DNA of 64,000 nt from Lepidodermella squamata (lineage: Eukaryota; Animalia; Gastrotricha): contig JBLDXI010000015.1 in assembly GCA_047495785.1 (NCBI GenBank), forward strand, positions 3,162,001 to 3,226,000, read 5' to 3'. Position numbers and translations under genes: made by a program. Positions within the stretch are counted from its first letter, which is position 1. Each line of letters starts with the position of its first letter. This document shows positions 43,649 to 53,829 of this stretch, piece after piece. The notes below the pieces were generated by a model. The model was not told the origin of the DNA. It did not search any database and saw nothing but the letters and a program-made list of their open reading frames with translations.

Positions 43649-43993
43649 TTATGATGATAGGGTAACAAAGCACACTTCCATTTTAGGATGCTTCTGCAGA
43701 GTCATTGTAATAATTTCGATGGGAATAGCGTCAGTGTCCTGTGTTTCGGTTAACTCGACTGGATGGACTAATCGACAGGAAATCCTCGCTTTCAACCGGA
43801 GGCAGGCGATCCAAAACGTGAGGACCGAAATCGCGAGCAAACTCGATAGGCCGATTGAGCTGAAGATAAGGGCTAAAGTTGGGTCGCATTTGAACCTGAA
43901 ATAGGTCTCGCTCAGCGAAAAAATAGCCAGCGCCAGGGCTGAGCTTGCAAAGGCGAAGACAAAAATCGCCAAATTTCTTTGAAGGACATGCAT
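43649..43993 (-). CDS. Small two-TM protein (start uncertain)
   Basis: Two hydrophobic helices separated by a short loop; in tandem with similar-sized genes. Confidence 0.5.
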   Translation of the reverse strand: MHVLQRNLAIFVFAFASSALALAIFSLSETYFRFKCDPTLALIFSSIGLSSLLAISVLTFWIACLRLKARISCRLVHPVELTETQDTDAIPIEIITMTLQKHPKMEVCFVTLSS

Positions 43994-44319
43994 GAGGATG
44001 AAATAAAAGAGAATGCGCGTCACGCATAATCAATTTTTCGCCACCCTGCTCTTCATATAATTTTCGCTCAATTTTTTCACCCGCAGGTCAGTTGCACCGT
44101 GCGTACCTAATCGAGTTATATACTTGAAATTCTAAACCGCTCATATTACTTCCGTGGTGTGCGTGACAAATTGCGCCTGTAACAACAACAATGCTTCCTA
44201 ACACATAAAAGTTGAAAAAATAAATAATAAACAACGCTCAACACCTTTAAAATGAGAGGTTCATTCATCCCACGCACCGGGCGCAGAAATTTTCCCGCTC
44301 TTTAATTGTCCAGTAAAAA

Positions 44320-44943
44320 ATGGTTGCCATTGTTAGCTACATCGCTATTTCGGTATTGGTAATTTTCAACGAATTCTCAGCCGTTTTCGGCCAAGCTCGA
44401 GCTGTTTCCTACGTCGAACGGACTAACACTGGCGCGACTGGGCCGAAAAAGCGGCAATTATGGCCGACTAGCTTGCCGTTATGTGAAGGACCTCCAGTAG
44501 TCGAGGGCGCGAGATACATTCGTTTGTTACCCGGCGAAGATGTTAGCAGCAGTAACAGCTTCGAGGATAGCTATTACCAGCACTGGTTTTTCGACTCGCA
44601 AGGCAAGCGAATGCATCGATTCGTCGAGGGCGATCGAATTCAATTCAAATGCCGCAATCATCGCAAAATGATCGGCCCAGCCATTGTCAAATGTTCGAAG
44701 GGCCAGTGGACTGAATGGCCTGATTGTGTGCCGCATGGTCAGAAAAATAGCACGGTCAACCCTCATGACGCCTGGACTAGGGTTAGAACTACGAAACGCC
44801 CTACTATCGAATTTTTCCCTATGACTGTTTTGACTCCGAAACCTCCAACAACAATAGCACCGCTCGCAGTTCCTCCAGGAATGAGATTAGATCTCAACCC
44901 TAATGCAACAACTCTTCTCGGCAGTCCGAACGGTAAATTCTGA
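44320..44943 (+). CDS. Secreted single-Sushi protein 11 with propeptide and P/T-rich tail
   Basis: Signal peptide, KKR|QLWP, one 4-Cys CCP module with a long loop insertion. Confidence 0.82.
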   Translation: MVAIVSYIAISVLVIFNEFSAVFGQARAVSYVERTNTGATGPKKRQLWPTSLPLCEGPPVVEGARYIRLLPGEDVSSSNSFEDSYYQHWFFDSQGKRMHRFVEGDRIQFKCRNHRKMIGPAIVKCSKGQWTEWPDCVPHGQKNSTVNPHDAWTRVRTTKRPTIEFFPMTVLTPKPPTTIAPLAVPPGMRLDLNPNATTLLGSPNGKF

Positions 44944-45010
44944 ATGCCCTTCGGTTGCACAAAAATAATCATCTTTATTCAACCATTAATTTTGCTACTG
45001 CTGATAAGTA

Positions 45011-46807
45011 TTATTTGAATAAAATTTGGATTAAAATTAGCATCATTGTTGGAGTTAGATTTTCGGCTGAATTTCTGCGTACGGGCTGTCCAACTGGCGT
45101 AGTAGTGCGTTTCCCGGGAGTTGCTGTTGCTGAAGCTTCTCCAGGACGTGCTGTTGTCGAATTTTCCGGCCTTCCTTCCTCGCCTTTAGAATTCAGCGAG
45201 CATACTTTGTTAAAATCGCACTTTTCCGGATAACCCGTTGTAAAAGGGTAGGCAGCCTTGACGACCTCAAGTGGACAGGCGATTGAACGGGGACAAGCTA
45301 CTGGTAGAGACCTAGCCTTTCCATTCATAACGACCAACAAAAGCTGATCGAGCGGAGTCTCTTCTGCAGGGCAATCGAACTAAAATAAAAAAGTATTGAA
45401 TGATGAGACATGGTCGAAAACTCACGAAGAGGAATGCGAAATTAGCCGCGAATTTTCCGATTTCTGACGAAGAAAATTTTCTGTTTCGAATAAATTGCTC
45501 ACTTGCTGAGCCGACGAATTCGGTGGGAGGATCTTTGAATAGATTGAACGCAGCGCATATCGGTAAGATGATTTCCAGATGGCTGAATCCCAGCGTCATT
45601 GGAGGTAATTTTTTGCCTGATCTTCGCGCCTCGTAAGCCAGGTCAGCTTTCTCGAAAATATCATTCGTAAGAGCGCAGCTCATTTTCGGGAGTAATTCAT
45701 CGCCATACATGCTGCCCCAGTAAAGGTCAAGATCGTCGTAATACTCGAGTAGCGCTTCATCACTTTCATTCAATATTTTCTGAAAAAATATCAAATTATT
45801 AAATTTTAAATTATTAAATGAGTAGTAATTAAAAATCAATTAATTGTTAAATTTTAATAATTTAAATATTAAAAAAAATTACTTGTAATGCTGATTCGTT
45901 GAATGCTGCCATCTCAAACCCCGCCGTTTCGTACAGTCTGAAGATTTCAGCTATATAAATATTCGGAAAATTCCCTTTCGTGATAATTATAATTACTAAA
46001 AAATGTTACCTAGTTCAAGCGCGTTTTCCTTCAGCCCTAGACGTACTTTGTTGACTCTTTCAACAACGGAATTGGCCCAGGACGAATTTAAAGCAATCCT
46101 TTGTTGATAGCTAAACGAGTTGTTGTTAGCAACTCTTTCCCGATAAGCCGGGCAGACTTTGTGGAAGTAATGCCGAGTTTCGTTGATCGTCACATTTTCC
46201 GGGGTAGTTACCCCGATCAATTTGTCCCACTGGCCGCGAAACGCCTCGGCGCTTTCTATAGCTCGTGTTACGCTTGATGATTCGAACGAAAATTCTTGCT
46301 CTTTTCCGTCGCCAACTAAGGCGTAAAGTTTCAGAAGATTGAAATAATCACGAGCTAGGAATTCGTGTTCGAATCGGCCGCGATCGAGGAGCCCTTTCAC
46401 CATGTTAAGCTTATTCTTCCAATTTCGAATATTCATCAAATCGGTTAGCGACAGTGGCCCGTTTGTGTTATTCGTCGCAGAGAATAACGGATATTTGTCG
46501 GAAAATATTTTGGTCGCATTGATCAGCTTATCGATTGCAGTTTTAGTGTCATCGGCGTCTTCTTGCGCATAGGATCGCGTTCCATGCCTGGCCACCAATC
46601 TGAACTAAAAAATAAGGACAATTTTTATCAATCCTAATTTTTAGATGAAATGATGCTTACGTGGGCTAACTTGCAGGATTCTGGTATTTCAGCGTCTTTT
46701 ATTAACTTGACCCAGTCTGTTGGAGTCGTGTCATACGGCGTTTTGCTGCCGTAATAATGGCAATCAATCACCGAAAATACGGTAAAAAATGCATATAATT
46801 TGATCAT
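45011..46807 (-). CDS. MINPP1: Multiple inositol polyphosphate phosphatase-like histidine acid phosphatase, multi-exon
   Basis: Signal peptide, YGSKTPY, RHGTR catalytic motif, RAIESAEAF, FSHLE, FAANFAF. Confidence 0.85.
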
Positions 46808-48000
46808 GATCGGGAAGTAAGAATTCAAGATATCATAATCGTATATGTCGCGTCTGCTGCGTATATCTGACGAGCGTCGTTTTGGAAGCTTTTAATCAAA
46901 GGATCAAATAGAGGCGTCGTAGAAGTAGATACCTGCTGCCGCGCCGGGTTTTGTTTGCTCGGAAGCACTTATTCCGTGGAGAAGTCTTTACCGAGCATAT
47001 AATGGCTCTAGTTTACTATGCCGGGGCGATGGAGGGGTTATCAGACGTGACATTAAGCTGGCTTTTTGCTACGAGAGACCAGCCACGCGCCTCTGGGAGG
47101 CTCCGGAAACAATGTTGCAGCCGTAAAAGGCGTGAATTTCGCGTCAAGGTGCGCGTGTTGATTTTGCGCATCATTTTGCAAACACTGATGTAATGATTCA
47201 TCATTGCGAGACCCAGTCAAATAAAAACGGGTATTTATTTATTGCAAGCTTCGAGCTTTTTGAGGCTGTAAAATTTAATTTTGAACTAATTCAATTATTT
47301 TCATGAAATTTTCGGCATTTATTTTTCATTTCCTATTAAATGGAATAAAGAATTTAATAAAACACTTTGATAACAAGCTAAATAATACGAAAATAAAATA
47401 TTCATAATTTATAATGAATAAAATAATGATTTGCTAATAATTTGCAATTTTTGGCCGATTTTTCATGCTATTTTATGTACACGCTTTTACAGCAAACACC
47501 CTTTTTCATTTGATAGCGGGACAAAAAGTGCATGAAAAAACCTTACCGCAGCACTCCTCTTTTATTACATGAGAAATACTATCGTAGTATTTCGTCATTA
47601 ATACTAGTCAGAGTACTTATTCATTTATTATCGTATTGCGCCATGTGATGTTTTTTGAACCCAGACAGCGCAGTACTTGGCATGCGTAAAAGCGTGCCAA
47701 GTCGACACGATGAATCATGTCTGATGCAATCCAGTCATCACGTCTATCGTTCTTATAAACAAGGAAAGTTCGATAACATTCGTGAATATACTAGAAGCTC
47801 CTGCCAAAACATGTTTTTAAATCCCGAAAGCTCGCCTTAATCATTACTTTTTACCTAAAATTATGTCTTTAAAATATCATAGAAATTATTACTATTACAA
47901 AGCTTCACTTGCATTTTTGCATTTAACGCGAATTACTTGAACGTTTATTTCAAACAATTACATCTACATGAAGAAAATGGTTGGCAAAAAATATCTTGAA

Positions 48001-49522
48001 ATGATGGATACCGATGATAGTTATTCACCCTCTATGGTTAGCTATTTAATTCCCCATTTTTTAGGCCCTTTTAACTGATTTTCCGTTTTATTTAATAGGT
48101 CGATAGAGAGCTGATAGCCAAGCAGGCTACTATTATAATCGGCCTCATCGGTCATGTAGCCCATGGCAAGTCGACCCTGGTCAAGGCTCTGACCGGCGTC
48201 CAGACTACACGATTCAGGAAGGAGAAGGAGCGGAATATTACCATCAAGCTCGGCTACGCAAACGCTAAAATTTACAAGTGTTCGAATGAAGAGTGTCCTC
48301 GACCGAGTTGCTACAAGTCATGCGGGTCGGCTCAACCGAACGAGTTTCCCTGCGAGCGACAGGGTTGTGGCGGGACTTTCCAACTAGTCCGCCATGTTTC
48401 CTTTGTCGACTGTCCTGGCCACGATGCTTTAATGGCGACGATGTTAAATGGCACAGCAGTCATGGACGGCGCTATTATGGTTGTAGCGGCGAATGAGCCG
48501 TTTCCACAGCCCCAAACAAGCGAGCATTTAGTAGCGGCTGAGATGTTGCAAATGAAGAACTTGCTGATTGTTCAAAATAAATTGGACCTGGTCGCGAGCC
48601 CGGAGCAAGCCGCCGCTCAACAAGCCGCCATTCGAGAATACGTCAAGGGCACTGTTGCTGAAAATGCCCCTGTTGTTCCTGTCTCGGCTCAATTTGGCTG
48701 CAATATTGATGTCCTATGCGATTTTTTGGTCAATCAAATTCCGGTCCCTAATCGTGACCTTAATTGCCCGCCGCAGCTTTCCAGTAATTAATTTTATTAT
48801 TAATATTTTTGTTTTATATACAAATTTTTCTGATTTTAGTTATTCGTTCGTTCGACATTAACAAGCCCGGTTCTGAGAATTCAAAGGTCAAGGGAGGAGT
48901 TATTGGAGGGAGTGTTGTTAAAGGAGTACTTCGAGTCGGTCAGCAAGTTGAAATCCGCCCGGGGCAGATCAGTAGAGATGAAGAAGGTCACCCAGTCGCC
49001 TATCGCCCGATTAAAACCGTCGTTGGTTCGATGCTTTCCGAGCAAAACAAGCTTGAAATCGCCGTACCTGGCGGCCTTATTGGCGTTGGCACTACGATCG
49101 ATCCGCAGCTTTGTCAGGGCGATCGGCTGGTTGGGCACATTCTCGGCGCGGCCGGGACGCTGCCTGACGTTTATTCAAAGCTTGAGGTCAACTGTCGACT
49201 TTTGCGTCACTTGCAGGGCAATGAGAAGGGACCGAAGATTGAGAAGATTCAGCGTCACGAGACGCTGTTGGTTAACGTCGGATCTCAGGCATCGTTATGC
49301 CGTGTTATTTCGACCGCGAATAACGTGGCTAAGCTGTCACTACAAACGCCGATTTGCGTCGATATCGGCAAGAAGCTCACAATTAGCCGCCAATTCGGGA
49401 ACGCTTGGCGGTAAGCTTATCAATCTTATTTGATTTATTTTCTCTATATCGTATTTTTACTTATTTTTAGACTCATCGGACAGGGAGAAATTTTGCGAGG
49501 CATCAAAATTCAAGCTGTTTGA
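48001..49522 (+). CDS. EIF2S3: Translation initiation factor eIF2 gamma-like (divergent), four exons
   Basis: [66 protein letters not shown]. Confidence 0.93.
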
Positions 49523-50069
49523 AACCGATCATCTACCTTCATTAACCCAGGCAACATTTAAAATCGTTGAAAAGCCCTTTGGTGAAAGCTATTATTCCTG
49601 TTCGATTTACTACGCTACTTGCGGTCATCATACTTCTAATCCAGTGATCATTATACTTCATCTGCCTTTAATTTTGCTGCAGAATAATTATAGCTATTGC
49701 TTCGCCATGGGACGTATTATTATCACCTATCATAATTTTCAACCTACATGTTTGTATACGTTTTTTGGATTTTTTAATAAAATCAAAATGCTATGAAGCT
49801 TTTTGGCTTGTGAAGTTAATTCTTGATCGGAGGTTGACCGTCGAAGTACAAAATAAAAAATCCGCCTTAATAAATCTCGCAGCTGTTTTATTGCTTTTAC
49901 GTTGGCTGAAGCGGTCGTGTAATAATAAAACTAGCCGCCGCACTTCGTTGACCTAATTACTCGCCGCACATCGCGGATTTGCTGATTGCTCATAGCTCTG
50001 TTAGGTGGAGTGGTTTTCGAGCCTCGTAATAAGAATTCTCGATAATCCTGATTCCTTGAAAAACTCGAA

Positions 50070-50651
50070 ATGGAAGCTGATTTGACTACTCAATTTTGTC
50101 GCATTTGCTACGGCGATTCGATTAATGGCCCTATGGTGTCTAATTTCTGCTCCTGCAAAGGCAGTGTGGGGTTCATTCATACAAATTGCCTCAAAACCAC
50201 AATCATTACATCTCGCTCTGTTATTTGCGACCTATGCAAGTCACCCTATCAACTTCAAGTCGAACGAGTTATGAAGCCGTGGTACCGCTGGACTTGGCTG
50301 AAAAACTTCAACAAGCTACACCTAAACATTTTTATCGGCATTTCGTTCTTCTTCTTCACTATGCTGTCTGAGCTCCTTTCAATCACTGGCTGTTTTAAGG
50401 CGACGTCCGGTTTTCTATCTGCCGTTGACGAGTTGCTCTACGGCCTGCCAATTTTTTCGACTCTTGTCTCGACGATGGTGTCCGTTCGTATCGGCATCGA
50501 CGTTTACGCGTTGCATATGGTATTGTGGCCGACAGCTAAATTTGCGCTTTCAAACCTAAAAGCCAATTTTATAGAAAATAATACCGCCGCTCTAAACTTT
50601 TACTTGAAAAACTCAGCAGATCCACTTGTCAAAGCTACAAAATTGAAATAA
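50070..50651 (+). CDS. RING-CH (MARCH-type) E3 ubiquitin ligase with two TMs, intronless
   Basis: CRIC...CSCKGSVGFIHTNCL...CDLC (C4HC3) followed by two hydrophobic helices. Confidence 0.85.
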   Translation: MEADLTTQFCRICYGDSINGPMVSNFCSCKGSVGFIHTNCLKTTIITSRSVICDLCKSPYQLQVERVMKPWYRWTWLKNFNKLHLNIFIGISFFFFTMLSELLSITGCFKATSGFLSAVDELLYGLPIFSTLVSTMVSVRIGIDVYALHMVLWPTAKFALSNLKANFIENNTAALNFYLKNSADPLVKATKLK

Positions 50652-50679
50652 AATCTGCATTTTTTTCAATTTTTCTAGG

Positions 50680-52292
50680 ATGTTTTTATTGAGTATTATT
50701 TATTTGTTCTCGCTGGTTATTTTCGGGCGAGTGGATTGCCAGTCTGGTTTGACCAGCAGAGCGATTATGCCGCATCTGAAATTCAACTTCGTTCTTGCCG
50801 GCAAAGAATTGGGCTGGCCTGATCCCAGATTGCGCTACGTTTTCCCACCCTTCCCGACGACTCTTCTCATTCATTTTCGGCTGGTGATTGATTACAAAAA
50901 TGTCAAAAACAAAACCTGCGAATTTTCCAAGGAGAATGACTTGAAATGCGAACCAACGTTGCTTATGATGAAGGACAACGTGCATTTGTTTCAAGTCGCC
51001 AAGGCTCTTTCTCCACCACCAGGGCCGTATTTCAAACCGGCGTTTTTGAGCGATGGCATCGGTATTCAGACTACTGACGGCATCAGCGTAGACTACGACG
51101 GGCGAAATAAGCGTCTGACTGTTTCTGTTCAGCTGTTCGACAGCCATATTGGTATGATGCTTCGGCGCCAGATCAATCCGAACGGCCGTTATGAGGTCAT
51201 GCTCGGAGATTTCGATGAACAAGCTAAATACGAAATGCATACGCAAATCGGTGAATTCGAAATTTTTCTACCTCGAATCGCAATCTTGGAAGATTGGGAA
51301 AGTAAGTCGAAGAACATTTTTTTTTAATTTCAAAATTTTTCTGAAAATTAGTAAAGACAAAAAACTCCAACATTATCCTCAAATTATTTTAATTTTAATT
51401 TATTAAATTATTTTGCTCAATTTCTTAGCCAAATGGATTGATCGGGGTCTAATGCCATTCTATACGGAGCATTATTTGGAAAAATTGACCTTCAACTACA
51501 CGGTTTTCAGCTCTTTTTGGGCCTCCCCGCACGATCTGGTCGTAGCTGAGTGGAGCCGATATCACAACGATAAATTCCGAAATAAAACTGGCCTCGCCGC
51601 CTTGAAAGTGAAAGACGACTTTGCTTCCGCTTTTATCAACGAAACTTCAATGCAAGTTGAAAATGGCCGAATTTCCATGCTGTTATTTGGCCGGTATATC
51701 TCTCGTCATTTCGGTCTTTACCGGCTGAATTTTACTCAAAATTTGGCTGAATACGTTGAATTTCATGCGATTCTTCCGACTGATCCTCCTTCGCTGGTCT
51801 TCTCGATCGCTATTGGGCGGAAACTTTACACAGATGATCACTATTTGTGGGAAAATAACGGCATCAGCGTTGTTTTCAACGACCAATTTTGCTTCGACGA
51901 ACACGTGAACAATTCCTCGTTGAATATCAGCATTTTGATGAGTTACAACCGTTTGATTCACGCCTGCCGAACGAAAAATGTCCTGCTAGCCTGGGAAGTA
52001 TGCCACCCTGAATTTTTCGTATTTGCCGATTCGAAACGCGTCTATTCAATGATGTCCCCTAACGCGTCGATCAACACGGACGAGTATCCGATTGCGGTTA
52101 CTAATCTCGGTTTTCGATACGTCTGGCCGAAAGCCACATTCGGAGTGATGTACACTTTGTTTATTGCCTTCCAATCCGAGCAAAGGGTGAATTATCGGGA
52201 TGCTGTGACAGTTCGCGGAAAGGTTCCGGTGTATTATTTCGAGCGAACAGGACCATCAGGCGTTTGCAACTATCAGCGTGAGATACCTCAAC
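50680..52292 (+). CDS. Secreted/extracellular protein X of unknown family; two clear exons, 3' continuation uncertain
   Basis: Signal peptide; exons 50680-51301 and about 51430-52292, both ending at gtaagt donors; homologous to 58370-59889 (EWSRY, HFGLY, DPPS, YNR). Confidence 0.7.
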
Positions 52293-53026
52293 GTAAGTAA
52301 AATTTGTGTTACTAATTACGAATATTTTCTGAAAAAATACATTTTTGATGGAGAATTTGAGGAAAATTTCCTCCAAAAATAAGCTTATTTATTGGAAGTT
52401 ATCGTAAAATTTTTATGAATTCATGAGATTCTTTTGCAAGCAGGAATGTTTTGATAATTGTATGTCAACAAATGCCCGAAAATATCTCCAATAATCCCAC
52501 AAACACATTAGAAATGACCTTAAAATACAAAAAAGTTCGAGAAAACATAATTTACTTTGAACAAACGGGGTTTAAACTTTGGCAAAGAATGCAAAGAATT
52601 GAATAGAAATGATGCGAAATTCGAGCTGAGTCCATCTCCGAATTTTTGGAAATTGAGCGCAAAACATTGTAGAAGTTATTCCAAGTCTAGCGAGAACCGA
52701 ATCTTCTTGCACCCAGTGAACGAATCTTTAGGAAGATTCAAAAATCGAATCCGTTGGACTCCATTTCGGTTCACACGGCTGCTCGCCGTTTCGGTTTTCG
52801 GGGTCAACTCGGTTTTCATCCACTCGACTCGAAGTGCTCGGCCGGAAAATAGAATTGCTAAGAGCCGATTCCATTTTTACTTGCCCTGCCGGCATGAGTT
52901 TATCGTAGACGTTCAAGCTGTTAGGATTTTTAAGTGCCGGTTAGCTTTTTTTGTGACTCGAATCCAGTCTCCATCAAATTACTGATTGCAAATTATTTCA
53001 CTGAAGGATTCGTGTAATTTTTGCAG

Positions 53027-53340
53027 TTGAGAAGAGCCTCCTCGCATGCATCCTTCAATATCGGGCCAATCTATCGGATTCCAGCGCTTATCCACAACTA
53101 CACTTTTACGAAAAATTAGCATTATTGATGATACAAGATCAAACTTTTGCTACGGGATTAACTTGAAATGTATAATTTCACTTATTGTCAAATTTATTGA
53201 AAACAATAGTAAAGAAATTTATGGTGGCGGGTTTTGAAATCCTGGCCCGTGCCTGGCTCGTGGACAACTCTGGATCACACCCCATATTGGTTGTGGCCTC
53301 GCAGATTCAGATAAATTTTGTTCCATAGCCACGTTGTGCG
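53027..53340 (+). pseudogene. Degenerate exon between gene X and the Kringle gene
   Basis: Strong acceptor at 53026 in phase with the X donor; fragments SLLAC, NFCY and INFVP*PR resemble PPLAC, NFCY and IDFQPWPR in neighbours, but with stops and frameshifts. Confidence 0.4.
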
Positions 53341-53829
53341 AATCAGAGCTTATATTTTGTTTAAATATAAGACCTCCGGGCGATATATCATAAACTCCTT
53401 CACGTCTTCCGTATATTAGAGAGAGAAGCCGATTTATTGGTGGTCTGTGTTACGGAAATATACAGAAATATAACGGAACGGAACAGAAACGGAAAATATA
53501 CGGAAATATAAATTGCCTTATAAACACAGGAGCATATAATTAATTGATATTACAGATTGGTATGTTTCGTAAACTATTTGGGTTTCGATTGTTGATAATT
53601 TGAGTAAAGGTGATGATTTACTATTCGGACGCTGTCCTTCAATACTTGAGATGCCATTTCGACAGATTTGACAGTGTTGATTCCCTAACCTTTTCGGACT
53701 ACCACGACACTTGTTGACCAGAATTTTATTTGCCGACGTTTCGGTTGTTTAATAAAGTTTAGGGAAATACACGTGACAATAGTACTGAAGTAAAATTCAT
53801 TATTGACAATTCTTAAGTTAGGTTTTTAG

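Noticed and set aside
52568-52660. ggtttaa... plus Sm-like aatttttgg as a possible spliced-leader RNA gene
   Set aside because: No convincing donor site or stem-loops; such motifs are expected by chance in AT-rich DNA
53160-53330. TAG aligned with Trp, hinting at stop-codon reassignment or readthrough
   Set aside because: The same segment has other stops and frameshifts, and intact genes in the window use the standard code
53405-53510. Helitron-like 5' end with short repeats
   Set aside because: No 3' hairpin-CTRR end or A|T insertion site found
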